This document shows positions 50,500-64,000 of a stretch of DNA of 64,000 nt, one piece after another. Source of the DNA: Octopus vulgaris (taxonomy: Eukaryota); NCBI GenBank assembly GCA_951406725.2, contig OX597817.1, forward strand, positions 106,950,001-107,014,000, given 5' to 3'. How positions within the stretch are numbered: the stretch's first letter is position 1; each line of letters opens with the position of its first letter. The notes beneath the pieces were generated by a model. The model did not search any database, was not told where the DNA came from, and saw nothing but the letters and a program-made list of their open reading frames with translations. A program made the position numbers and the translations under genes.

Positions 50500-51638
50500 T
50501 GTGTATGTATATCTTTTATTTATGTCAGTCATATGACTGGCCAATTTTTAGTCAAATGAATCGACCCCTGTACTAATATATTTGTAAAGGCTGGTACTTA
50601 TTCTATGCATCTCTTTTACAAAACAGCAAAGATACAGGGACATAAACACATCAACGCTAGTTGTCAAATGATAGTGGAGGACAAACACAGACACACACAT
50701 ACACATATATGACGGACTTCTTTCTACCAAATCTACTTACAAGGCTTTGGTTAACCCAAGGCTGTAGGAGAAAACACTTGCACAAGGTGTCACCCAGTGG
50801 GATTGAACCCAGAACCATGTGGTTGGGAAGCAAGCATTTTGCCACACAGTGGCTATGTGGTAATGCTATATTACTCAAGTATAACACCATCATCATCATC
50901 ATCTCATTTTACATCCATTTTCTTACGCCTAACTTATAGCTTTATCCTGGTCACATCTCAAATTTCATTGTTAAGCCTTTCCTTCTTTGTTTCCAGCATG
51001 GCTGTAAATGACAAAGATGAAAATAGATCTAATTCATCTGGATCTTCACCAGCCTAGGAATGTACATTTAAATAGTAAGCGCTAGTATTTTTGATGTAGG
51101 AAACCAAGGAATTTTAGTCAAAATTATATTCTTAGTGATGAAAATCATCATTATCTAAATGGCTAATTCTGGCAAAAAAACAAAAAAAAACGAAAACAAA
51201 CAAACAAACAAACAAAAACAAAAAAGAAAACCAATGGCTGACAACTCCAGCATAGCCAATTAAAATCATTGGATATGAGTCTGAACTTTAGCAGTATGGT
51301 GACAGTTCTGGACATGTTACAGTCTTTTCAGATTTCATCAATAATGCAGAGGTTAACCATGACTTCTAAATCATAGAATAACTACAAAGACTTTTTATCT
51401 TTTACTTGTTTCAGTTGTTGGACTGTAGCTATGCTGTATGTAGCACAGCCTTGAAGGATTTAGTCAAAACAAATCAACTCCAGCGCTTCTTTTTTTCTAA
51501 ACAGTTTGCCAAACTGTTCAGTTAAGGACATGAACAAGCCAACACTAGTTGTCAAGAGGTGGTTGGGGGTACAATCAACAGATACACACATATACATACC
51601 AAACAACGCACACACACACACACACACATACATCCATA

Positions 51639-54250
51639 TCTCTCTATATAAAACTGAAGTGCGTTTTTATCGCTTGGATCGCTTTCAATGTCACTACATC
51701 CCGTCTGATTCGCTCCAAAATTTACAGGGACATGTAAAATGAGGTGACGATGCCCATGGGCTACCTTAGAAATCCCTATCTTGAAAGGTGTGGTTGCTAG
51801 GGGCCATCTTCCTCACTCACGCTATTTCCTCCATTCCCCTCTAACTCCCCTTCATCTATAACTTTGACAAGTCCACTCCCGTTATTTAATGTATCTGTCT
51901 TCCTCAACTCACTCTCGCTATTTCCTCTCTTCCCAACACATTTTCACTCACTCTATTTCTTACCTTCCCATAATTTTCACTTATGTATCTGTCTGCATTC
52001 ATAGAGAGAAACAAATATTCCATCGCCATCGCCATCGCTTTCTATTGTCTACCTATCAACGCGCCGATCGATCAAATACAAACAGAACACACCAACGAGC
52101 GTTTATATATGTGTGTGTGTGTGTGTTCTATATATAAATATGTATATATAATGTATATATACAAAGTGTATATATCTGTATTTATGTATATTAAACTTTT
52201 TAATACTTTTTGATAGTTACGTAAAGGGAACTGGTTGCTTCTTTACACTTTTTGGGTGCAACTTGGGTGTGAGACAGATAATTTTTTCTGTTAATTACGT
52301 GACCAACAGGGGTCTAACAGGGGGAAATTATGCCTAAACATGAGCGCAGTGCATGTGAACATCCGATGTGCTTTGAATCAGGAGAAGAATTGAGCTGACG
52401 CAGACGTGTTGCAAAACAAGGGAGTACACGTGCAGAACAGAGGTGCATGAGTGCAATAGGGCTTGCTAGGCTGAAATACAGTGTACAGTATTGAATATGC
52501 CAGTGATTAATGCAGTAAGGCTGAGGCTGCCAGCAAGTGCTTGAGCTATTATATGCCTCGGTCGTGCAGGAACAAAATCGTGGCATGCTGGCGCGTTGTA
52601 AGGGACAAACAACTTTCTCTATGTATGCGTGACCAACCTAGGGTCTTACAGAGATGAGTTGTGTTTACAAGGGCACATTGAGCATGGAAAACAAGCGAGA
52701 AAGGCATGTGTGGCGTATGAATGTGACAGAGATAGCATTTGTGTGTGTATTAACTATGTGTGTTCGTGTGTGCAACAGAAGTACAAACAAGGTGTATGCG
52801 GGCAAAACAAAATACAGCGCATAGGAAAAGTCTCTCAGGGTATTTCAGACAAGATGGAGTTAATTTATTAGTTCGTAGTAAAGTACATAATAGCAGTTCG
52901 TTCTGTAACAGGATGTTCGGATCACAAGTGCAGATGCCGGTTGAACACATGTCATGTAGCGGTTGTGGCTTCAATGCTGTGCCAGGTTACATTGGTACAG
53001 AAGATCTCGCAGGTAGTGCTGTGCTGTTAACCTCGGTGAAAATCATAACAGCGTGAAAGCTAAACCTGAATGAGTGCTATGTACATATTAGTGTTGCTGG
53101 AGATGAAGGCGACGGAGATGGAGATGACGTGAAGGTGAAGGACAACGATGGTGATGGCGACGGCAGAGAAAGGCGACGTTGAGATGAAGGCATCGGTGGC
53201 GTTGCTGGTGTATGTTAGCGTCGTCATTGACTGGAGCAGGAACATGACTGGCTGGTCTGGTCGTCTGTCGCTGGAACTGGAACATGGTTGAGTAAGCTCT
53301 GTGTGGATGAAAACTGCGGCGGATTGATTGGTTCAGACTAGGTAGAAACTAGATTTTAGCTAAGTGTTCTATGGTCTATGACCAGAACTCGGGAAACTTG
53401 GTTGAGTGTTCTATGGTCTATGACCAGAACTCGGGAAACTTGCTTGAGTGTTCTATGGTCTATGACCAGAACTCGGGAAACTTGGTTGAGTGTTCTATGG
53501 TCTATGACCAGAACTCGGGAAACTTGGTTGAGTGTTCTATGGTCTATGACCAGAACTCGGGAAACTTGGTTGAGTCCTCATCTTATAAAATGTGGCCCCA
53601 GTAGACCCAAATGAAATCGGGTTATATCAACCAAAATGTGAAAAGGGGTCTAAATGGGGCTGGAAGGGGATTAAAATTTAAAGGAGCGGGTGTTTAGCAA
53701 TTCTCTGTTACATCAAGCTAAAAAATTTGTGCCAGCCTTTTAATCGTCAATGTGTTGCCGTCCATGATGAAGAAGTTTTGAATGCTTGCCATGGTGAGTC
53801 TACTGTCATGAGAAAGAATCACTTCAAAACTTGGTGTTTAGGGATTTTCTTTTACATCAAGTTCAAAATTTTACGCCAGCCGTTAAACTGTCAAAACGTT
53901 GCTGTCCGTCGTTAAGAAATGCCAGCCATAGTGACTCTACTATCCTCAGATTCTATCCCTTCAAACTTTGGTTTCCAATATTTTATTATTTTTATTCAGC
54001 TCGCAAGTTCATCTGTCCCTTTTAAATGTTAGTGTTTTGCTGTCTGCCTTGAAGCAGACCTTTCCGTTGTTACTGCCTGATATTTATGATTGATCTTTCT
54101 AAATATTTTATTTCTCAACTTACTCAAGATCTTTTGTTGTTTATAAATGGGAGAGAGATAGATAAAGATAGAGAGTAAGAGAAAGCGAGGGAGAGTCCGA
54201 GAGAAAGGAAGAGTAAGAGAGTGGGGAAAGTGAGAGAGAAACAAAGAGGG
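51639..54250 (+). mobile_element. Long Helitron-like element with internal minisatellites; 3' end not found
   Basis: A|TCTCTCTATATAAAACTGAAGT 5' end resembles 15299; internal 42-bp and ~143-bp tandem repeats; right boundary uncertain. Confidence 0.45.
53363..53575. repeat. 42-bp minisatellite, 5 copies
   Basis: Unit AGTGTTCTATGGTCTATGACCAGAACTCGGGAAACTTGGTTG, with one substitution in copy 2. Confidence 0.97.
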
Positions 54251-56164
54251 AGAATCATCATCATCATTATCATCGTTTAACGTCCATTTTCTGTGCTAGC
54301 ACGGGCTGGACAGTTTGACCGGGGTCTGGGAAGCCAGGAGGCTGCACCAGGCTCCAGTCTGATCTGGCAATGTTTCTGCCCTTCCTAACGCCAACCACTC
54401 TGTGAGCGTAGTGGGTGCTTTTTTCGTGCCGTTGACACAGGTGCCAGGAGAGCTGGCAGCGGCCATGATCGGTTGGTGCTTTTTACGTGCCACCGGCACA
54501 GAAGCCAGTCAAGGTGGCGCTGCAATCGGCCACGTTCGGATGGTGCTTTTTACGTGCTGAAAGGAAGCAACAGAAAGTAACAACCACACTCTTACCCGCG
54601 CGTAGAGCAGGTCACCTTCAGCTAGTATTATATATAAATATATATACACAAAAACACAGTTTCCATCCACCAAATCCACTCATAAGGCTTTGGTTGGCCT
54701 AGGGTTAAAGTAGAAGATACTTGTCCAAGGTGCTGTGCAGTGGGACTGAAATGAAGATCACATCATTGGTCAGGAAGCCAACTTCTCAACTATACCAGCC
54801 ATGCTTAGATTTTTATTCTATTTAATTACCATTGAGTTGCATTAAAGCTTAAAAGAAATAATGGGAAAACTATGCAGATCTATTGCATGACAGCTTAATA
54901 GTTGGCCATATTGAGGCCCAAGCATTCTTCCAATTCTTCGGGCTGACCCCAGAGCTATACAGTTACTATATAGACCTCCCTCTCCCATGAACCACTCTGC
55001 CGCTTCATCTCTTTCCTCTCTAACTGCCACCCTTCTCTCCAATTCACTTCTACTATCTCTGACACTTCTGTTAACTTCCTTGATATCTCTCTTACCATTG
55101 ACCACCCTTCCCACTCTCTCACCACCTCTGCCTTCTTCAAACCCACAGATTCCCACCTCGACCTCAACTTCTCCTCCTCCCATCCCTTCCACACCAAACG
55201 GGCCATCCACTACTCCCAGTTCCTCGACCTCCGACGCTTGTGCAGCCATGACCAGGATTTTGAGACCCAGTCCCAGTAATTGGCCCGCCTGTTCAGGCAT
55301 CGAGGATACCCCTTAACCCTTGTCCAAAACGCCCTTGCCCATACTCATCGAACCGATCACACCACCGCTCTTTCTACTTCCACTCCTCCACTCTACCCCT
55401 TCGTCAGAGGATACTACAGGCCTTCTATCATCTCCAGCTCGATCCCACCACCCGCCCCATTTTCCCCAACCCACCCTTGTCCTCCTTTAAATGCGTCTGG
55501 AACTTATGAAATCTTCTGGTCCATAGCACCTTCTCCTTTTCCCTCCCAGCCCTATATGGATCCTTCCCGTGCTCCTGATCCCACTGCAACACCTGCCCCT
55601 TCATCACCAACACTACTTCTCTCACTGGTTCTAATCAGCAAACTGTTCTCATTACAAATTCCTTCTCTTGTACTTCTTCTAGCCTCATATACTGCATTAA
55701 ATGCAACCTCTGTGGGAAGCTATATGTAGGTCAGATGGGCCTACATATGTAGGTCAGACGGACCGGTTCACAGAACATCTAAGGGATGTTCGGCTACGTT
55801 ATAACACTCCCGTCGCCCGTCACTTCTGCTTGGCCCACCATTCACCCTCTAACATCTCTGTCTTTGGCCTCACTCTACACCACGGATCCACACAATCAAG
55901 ACTCTGCCTGGAACAGTGCTATATCTTTAATTTACAGACAACTGTCCCCCACGGACTAAACACAACCCTTCCTCCTAGTGACTGCCTCTACACCTCCTGC
56001 AACAAGCAACTTAATTTCTTTTCTCATTTTTCATTTTTACTTGTAATTGTGCCATTTATATTGCATTAACTTCCTTATCTCCTTTCAACCTTAATTTTTA
56101 TATTTTATTGTTTTTATAATTTTTTGTTTTTTATTGTTTTTATAAATTATTGTTTTTATTTCTA

Positions 56165-57590
56165 TATACATGCACACATACACACACATACGTACATATC
56201 CATGAACGCACATATACCTTCCACACACCACACACATACAACATGCATACATGCACATATACACACACATACACACACATACACCCATGCGCATACACAC
56301 ATATGCACATACACACACACATGTGCACAAACACACACACATATACACACGCACAGGAATGCACAGATACCTATCCCACACAACCCACGCACACACAGAC
56401 ACATACCTTTATACACACACACATATAAACGTACACACAGCTACATATACACTCATACTCAAGCACACGTGCATACACGCAACAAAATGCACACATAACC
56501 AGACACACATCTCTACGTTCACACACACATATATACATGTGCATGCACATACACACATACACATATGCACACATGCACATATACACACACGCACATACAT
56601 ACGCACATAATACATACACACACACATTAGCATAAGTTTGCACATATACCTCCAACACACAATACACATACAAACAAGCACACAATTATACACACATGGG
56701 CACAAACACATATACATTCACGCACACATGCATGTAAGCACATGCACACACATACACACAGGTATGCACATGTACGCTTTCACAACCCCCACAAAAAACC
56801 CTACACACAACCCGTGCACACACGCATACACAAATTCACATACACACCCATACATATACATACACACAATATATGCATACATATACACACACATATGCAT
56901 ACACATATAGACACAGACACACACACAAACATGCACACATACACATGTACTTGCACACACACATGTACATGCATACACATGCAAAAAAAACACACTTATA
57001 TCCCCTACACAGCCCTTCGTTCACACACACATGCACACACACAAAATACACACACACATACTCACACATGTACACATGCACACACGTGTATATACACATG
57101 CACATACATACACACACATGCACATGCTAATGAACCCACATATACCTCCCATACACACACAACACACACTCATACATACACACACACAATTATACATACA
57201 TGTACACACACATACGCACATACAAGTACACATGCACACATACACAAAGTAAAGTACAGTTACTCCCCACACACACAACCCCTACGCATAGACACATACA
57301 CACACAAACACCTACATACGTACATACACACACTGCAAACAAAACACACACACACACATACTTCAAACTACCAGTACCTTCCACTGACCATTCTCCTAAG
57401 CACATGTGTAGGTAGACACACAACAGGAGCTACTCCTACTATAAATTCTTTCTATGACCTTCTTAAATGAAACTAAGCCCAACCACACACATAAATAGCC
57501 ACAACCACACACACACAGACACACATGCTATGATTACACACACATACACACACACACACACAGACCTGTGCACATGCACATACCCACACA
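56165..57590. repeat. ~1.4-kb degenerate (CA/TA)n low-complexity tract
   Basis: Continuous CACACATACACATG-type sequence. Confidence 0.95.
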
Positions 57591-57732
57591 TACCCCCTTC
57601 TCTTGCACTCTCCTGTCTTTGAAAAAACCTTTTCTTCACCCATACACTTCCGGTCATTCAATATGTGACCGTGTGTGTATCATTGGTGATTTTCTTTCTC
57701 CATCTTCCCTTCCTTGGACCTTTCCTTTTTCT

Positions 57733-57770
57733 ATGTTTCTGACGAAGAGCTTCGCTAGAAACGGTAAATC
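57733..57770 (+). ncRNA. Minimal type-I hammerhead ribozyme-like motif (slightly degenerate)
   Basis: CTGACGA-A-GAGC-TTC-GCTA-GAAAC-G-GTA; one stem II mismatch; located at the end of a PLE. Confidence 0.65.
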
Positions 57771-60700
57771 CTCCTTCTTTCTTTCCTTTCCTGAGCATCC
57801 AATAACACTATACTTGTACCACGTCCTCGTGTTGTTGTGTTTTCTCTTTGTTCATGTTTGGATTAACTATATATATATATATATATGACGGGCTTCTTTG
57901 AGTTTCTGCCTACCAAATCCACTCACAAGGCTTTAGTGGAGGAAGTCTTGGTGAAGCAAGTGGTAATCGAAAGATTGAGACAGAGACAGACAGATAGACA
58001 GACAGACAGAGTGAGGCAGAGAGTCGTACAGTGACATGGCAAGAATATCTAGGTATACTACTTATTTTAATAAATTTAAGTTATGACTTGAGAACATCCA
58101 AATAATAGCCAGGGGGCTTGAAAAACATGTTTTCATAATTTTGTTATACAGCCAAGTGCCACTTGTGAGTAAATATGGCTTAATAAGTAGTTTTAGGTGC
58201 CAATGCAATTGCAAGCAGACAATAGATACTTACTTGGCTTTTTCTCCCATGTGATGACTAGAAAGAGAGACAAACAGATAGATTGACAAACAGATGTATA
58301 GTAGGAGACAACCCACTAGGAGACAACTGGAACATTGTAAAATGAAGTGCTTTGCTCAAAGATACAATGCTCTGCCCAATCCAGGAACTTAAACCATGTC
58401 CTTATGATCATGAGTCAAACATCCTAACCTCCAGGAAATGAGCTTTCACTTCGATACAAAGATGTATTGTTTAACAAAACAAGGTAGCAAAAATCTGCAA
58501 TATATTTTTTCTAATTTTTAACTTTAAAACACATTTGTTTCATTTTCCATTCAATGTGTGCTTGTGATTTCTAAAATTTTATCTTTAGTACTCAACAAAG
58601 TCAAAATGATTGAGAATCACTGCATTGTAATTTTGCAGTATATGATAGAAGCTTTCAATAAACTAAGTCTATAAGCATCTACAAAGAAATGAAATTTTGT
58701 AGTGAAAGCTCTTCTTATATCCCTTGAGAAGAACATGAAAGTCATATATCATTTTCCTGTCCCCATAAATATGAAGAATTCCAATATTGTAAGATGTTCA
58801 ATATTCTAAATTCAATATTCTAAATCAACCTTTTATTTATTTTTTGTCAACAGAAAGGTTATTTAACCTTGAAACTATTGAAATTTATATAATTAATGAC
58901 TTTAGGATTTATAAAGAGTCGCTTGAAAAATAAATTGCAATAAAGCAAAGTGGAAAAATTATAATGAGATATTGTTTAAAAAAGTTTGTTATATCTAAAT
59001 TCAACTCCTTGTTTATCGTTTCAATTTCTGCATGTAAAATTACTATGCCAATGTAATATCAATAATTGTCATTGCTATTTGTTGTTTTTTTTCTCTCCTT
59101 ATATATGTAGGAAAAGAAGTGTGAAAATCAGCTTTCAATTTCCTTTTTGCAGCTAAACTTGTTTTTCATATGCATTGCAACCACTTTTGTTCAATTCTTG
59201 CTTTGTACAACTATATGCTCTATAATTCTAGATGAACTTTACTGCACATAATTATAATTAAGTTTTGTCTTGTCCTCTATAAAAATTCCATTGACATATA
59301 GGATGTATCCTATGAATTGACCTCAGTACTTCACGAGTACCTTATTTGATTGAAGCTGGAAGGCTGAAAGACCAAGTTGTACTCAACAAGGACATTTAAC
59401 TCAGAGTACAAAGGGCTGTAATTAGATACTACATTCTGCCAATTCATTTCCTATACTTGACTGGTACTTTGTTTTACCAACCCCAGAATTCTTTCAATGA
59501 GATTTTATTCTCTTTTTCACAAAATGTCAATCAACTATTTGTTTGTCATCTACAGCAGAGAGAAAAAAAGGCTAAAACTTTCTGACAAAAAGAAAGGTGA
59601 CTTGACATGATGTAAATAATTTGTACCAAACAATGATGTTTATTTCTCCTTCATAATGATTGTTTTAGAAGCCATTTCAATACTGAAAGGCCAAAGATTT
59701 ATTAAAGACACAGATTAATTGTGCAATTCAAAAGAAAGAGTTTTATGGAGTATTGGCAGGTATCAACAGAATCAAGTTATCAACATGTTCAAATGCATAC
59801 GAAGTTAGATGTACCAAATAGCCCCATGGAGATATGAAGCATGACAGTGAAAACAACAGAAAAATATTTTGGAATATATGTTGAAATTCAATTAAAATGA
59901 GCTTAAAAGCCATTTTAGAACCAATACGTTTCCCAATGATAAACTATTCAGTGAACTTGGATAAATGTTCAGCTTCAATTTCAAGTGTGGCAGGTCATAT
60001 ACTCTTCAGAATATCAACTAAAATGGCATACTAAATTGCCTATCAGATTCAGAATTGTTAGACAGCAGGACAAAATGCATTGTGGTATATTAAGTTCTAT
60101 TCCTTTTATATGTTTAATTTGGGTCTGCAGAGAACTAAGGTAAATAACAATGAAGTTCATTTAACTCTACTACACCTCTCCATGAATGTATAGGTTTGCA
60201 TCTAAATTAGAAATTAGAGCTGGAAGAATTGTCAGTGTTGCGAAAATGCCTTGTGGTATTTGCACTGCTCCTTATTTTCTAAATTCCAATCCCTGCCTGA
60301 TCAACTTTATCTTTTATTCTTTTGGAATCAATGAAATAAAATGCCATTTAAATATCATTGAATCCTCGTTTCCAAACTGCTTAGATTATAAATAATTGTA
60401 TTTAATGGTCGAGATAGAATAATCAGTAGAGAACTTGACAAAATATTATGATATACTTAGTTCTGGTCACACTATAGTTGACATTGCTTTTATTCTTTTT
60501 AGGTAGAAAAATTAATTATCTGTCAAATGCTGAGGTTGACTACACCTACCATCCAAAATGTGTGGAATATATTACATGATAAAAATGAGAGTTGAGAATT
60601 AGTATATACAATGTTTAGCAGGAATTTGAGAGGTGCAGGATTTGATCCCTTATGAAAGCTTGCTGGTCACTTATTTTTGTTGCAAGCATGGCTGTGTGAT

Positions 60701-62457
60701 AAGAAGCTTGCTTCCCAACCACATGGTTCTGGATTCAGTCCCACTGCGTGGAACTTTGGGCAAGTGTCTTCTACTCTAGTTGTAGTTATATACTACAACT
60801 GCTAATCCACTTACAAAGATTTGGGCAGTCTGGTGCTATAGTAGAAGATATTTTCCCAAGGTGCCGCTGTCACTAGTATTAGGTAATGTAGGATAGGTGC
60901 AATTAACATGCAATGATTAGAATTTTATTCTTTTGTCATTTTACAGTGCTTATACAAGGTTATGTGGAGGTTTGTGACTTAGTGATTAGGGTTTTGTGCT
61001 CATAATTGTAGTTTTGATTCCTGGACTGTGCAATGCATTATGTTCTTGAGCAAAACATTTCATTTCACATTGCTCAAGTCTACTCAGCTGGCAAAAAATG
61101 TGTAGTACCTGTATTTCAAAGAGCCAGCCTTGTCACAGTCTGTGTCATGCTGAATCTCCTTAAGAACTACATTAAGGGTACACATGTCTGTGGAGTGCTC
61201 TGCCACTTGCATGTTAATTTCATGAGTCAGCTGTTCTGTTCATTGTTGGATCAGCTGGAACACATGTTGTCATAACTGATAGAGTGCCAGATTCTATACA
61301 AGATTATGAAATGAATACTACTTTTCAAAATAAAAATATTTAATAAATTAAGATGAAACTAATAAAATATAAGATAAAACATTTACATATTTGTTTTGCA
61401 AGATTCCTGATGTGAAATTGTGTGTTGAAATGTTATTATATTTGGGGATGGTTATTTTTTTGCCACTTAACCACACACACTGTATACAAGTCCTTCACTT
61501 CAGCGTTATTACAATTCTTAATTTAGTGTCCTTTGTCTGAAATCATTCATCACACATCCTGTGACCGCTTCAATATCTCTCCATCCTACAAGTCTCTTCC
61601 TGTTCTGTTTAGTCCATTCTCAAAAGAGTTCAAACAAAGGACACTAGAATAAGAATAATAATAAAACAGAAGTGAAGGACAAAGTATATAGTGCATGTGG
61701 TTAACTAAAAAAAAAAATATGACCATCACCAAATATAACATGATGATGATGATCATCATCATCATCATCATTGTCATCATTTAACGTCTGCTTTCCATGC
61801 TAGCATGGAACAATATATGATAATATCTATCTGTCAATTAATAACAGAAAGAACATTAATTCTCTATAAGATAGTACCACCATTACTACATTCACTCCCA
61901 CCCAATGGTTATTTCTATTCCTATTTCTATCTATCACTCAGTCTCTCCCCTATATACTCTTGCAACATCTCCCCACTTTTCCTGATCTTTCTGTTTCCAT
62001 ACTCTCTTCTATATCACCTTCTTGGACATGTTACTTTAAGAGTATGCTCTGGCACCTTTCTCATCATCATCTCTATCTCCCTTCTAGCACCATCTACCCC
62101 TTCCACTCATATATAATATAACGTAGACCTGAATTTCACCCACAACTATAAACCTGTTCCTGTTCCTCTCATCATATTTTATCCTCTCACTTATTCAAGG
62201 TGGCTCTTTAATCTTGCAAGTTACAAGGCAACCTAACAAGTGCTGATCTGTCAAAACAAAACAAAAAAAAAAAGAAAAGAAAAAGGATCCAGTACCACGG
62301 TTGATATTAGGATGGTTATTCAGATGTAGGAATCATATCAAGGCTGAAAAACTGGAGCAATATGTGGTCCTCCAACCTGTTGGATCCTATTGAAAAATGT
62401 CCAGCACAGGTCAGCATGGAAAGCAAACACAGAATAGTAATGATGTAATAGTAATGA

Positions 62458-62691
62458 AGGTGGCGAGCTGGCAGAAACGTTAGCACGCCGGGTGAAATGC
62501 TTAGTGGTATTCCGTCTGCCGTTACGTTCCGAATTCAAATTCCACCGAGGCCAACTTAACCTTTAATCCTTTCAGGGTCAATAAATTAAGTACCAGTTAC
62601 GCACTGGGGTCGATATAATCGACTTAATCTATTTGTCTGTTGTTGTTTGTCCCCTCTGTGTGTAGCCCCTTGTGGGCAGTAAAGAAATAAG
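62458..62691 (+). mobile_element. Full-length monomer of SINE family M
   Basis: tRNA-like head GGCGAGCTGGCAGAAACGTTAGC..GAATTCAAATTCC, central CCTTTAATCCTTTCAGGGTCAATAAATTAAGTACC, tail GGGCAGTAAAGAAATAA; TSD AATAGTAATGA (62447-62457, 62692-62702). Confidence 0.88.
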
Positions 62692-64000
62692 AATAGTAAT
62701 GATGACAATGACAACAACACTGATGATGATGAAAATGATGATGATGACAGTGACAGTAGCAGTGATGACCACAGCAGTGGCAGTGGCATCAGCAGCAATA
62801 CTAGCAGTGGCAACAATGCAAGTGGTGATTGTGGTAGCATCAGTGACAGGGTGGCAGAGGTGGCATCAACAAAGACAATGATGATGATGAAACAGACAAG
62901 TTTTAGCATGTCCAAGCAATTACTAATGAATATTATTAGTAACATGTCATCCCATCTTATGACAATGCTTTAATGTTGGCAATATTCTTTTGCCTCTGTG
63001 GGAGATATCAACTAATGTTACATAAGTACAATCATTATAATTTCTACTTCAATCAAATTTTATGGTACTTCTTCAGTTTAATGAAGTGAGTCTTATTTTG
63101 TAAATATTAAGATTTATTAACTCAAACTAAAATTTATAAAAGCAAATTTCTCTTGAAGGTGCAGGCAGAGTTGTGGGATTAAGAAGGTTACTTTGCAACT
63201 ATGTGGTCTCATGTTCAGTTCCACCACATGGCATCTTGAGCAAGTGTCTTCTACTATAGTTGCAGATTGACTTTGTAAGTGAATTTGGTAGACAGAAACT
63301 GTGTTAATGCATGTTGTATGTATGGAAGGGTATACCATGGCACTTCATCACCATCTGTCTCTCTTTCACTCGACCTTCCCATTTATATTCTAATCCTGTA
63401 CATTGAGGGTATGTCCTGGGTTTGCTACCACCTCTAGCACTTTGCTACCATCTCTCTCACACTCTCCCTTGTATTCTTACACTCTTGCTCTCTTCCATTC
63501 TCTCTCAATCTTGATTACTCACTCTCCCTTTCTTTTTTTCTCTCCATCTGACTGGGTAACCACGTATCTCCTTTACAGCAAGACACCTGTTTCTATTCTT
63601 CTGTCACATGCTAACCTCTCATCACCTGGCTCAAGGCCACCTCCTCTAATAACCCCACCCCCCTGCTCAAAGGATCTTTGTCTTGCAAGTTACTTGGTGA
63701 CCCTGCCAGAACTGGTGCCATGCAAAAAGCATCTAATCTACACTGTAAAGTGTTTGGCATTTGGAAAGGTATCCAGCTGTAAAGACCATACCAAAATACA
63801 GTAAAGCCTGCTGCAGTCTTCTGCCTAGTCAACTCCTGTCAAACCATCTAACCCTTGCCAGCATGGAAAACAGATGTTAAATGATGATGATGATATATAT
63901 GAATATGCATACATATATATTTATATGTAGTTCAAATTTACAGAAAACAATAGATGAAGACAGGTGAGGGAACAACAAGCAGGTGTATTTGTTTGACACT

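Larger units (their letters stand above)
54960..57866 (+). mobile_element. 5'-truncated Penelope-like element (RT C-terminus, GIY-YIG, CA-rich tract, hammerhead-bearing terminus)
   Basis: HPFHTKRAIHYSQFLDLRRLCS..LFRHRGYP; CNTCPFI; LIYCIKCNLCGKLYVGQ..RFTEH..PVARHF..EQCYIFNLQTTVPHGLN; many disruptions. Confidence 0.85.

Noticed and set aside
50997-51057. Acceptor-like site followed by MAVNDKDENRSNSSGSSPA
   Set aside because: Short, ends in a stop, and has no linked exons or recognisable homology
53363-53575. CRISPR-like array of palindromic repeats
   Set aside because: Units are contiguous with no unique spacers, there are no cas genes, and the context is eukaryotic
56091-57661. Many His/Thr-rich and Cys/Val-rich ORFs
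   Set aside because: Translations of a CA/TG low-complexity tract that lacks stops
58540-60110. Possible very old hAT-like transposase or exon relics
   Set aside because: Only vague fragments (e.g. NELKSHFR) with frequent stops and no diagnostic motif
62586-62945. Met/Thr/Ala-rich and Leu/Ser-rich ORFs
   Set aside because: Degenerate trinucleotide repeats next to a SINE

Overview
AT-rich animal DNA dominated by repeats. The SINE families, microsatellites and RTE tails look like an octopus/cephalopod genome (inference, no search run). I found no intact host gene. Retroelements: two 5'-truncated CR1-group LINEs with long RT frames, a third fragmented LINE, two ORF1-only L1/Tx1-like relics, Penelope-like remnants with GIY-YIG and hammerhead-like motifs, and many tRNA-headed SINEs and RTE 3' ends. 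DNA elements: a Tc1 relic, non-autonomous Helitrons/Helentron, and a striking set of Merlin (IS1595/ISXO2-like) elements. The Merlin set has three decayed transposases, one inside GGATCTTTTC termini with a perfect 8-bp TSD, plus young GGATCTTTTC MITEs with 8-bp TSDs that carry telomere-like repeats. A decayed multi-exon host gene with C-type-lectin-like and kringle-like motifs is suggested at about 7.1-11.4 kb. All alignments and translations beyond the ORF track were done by eye.
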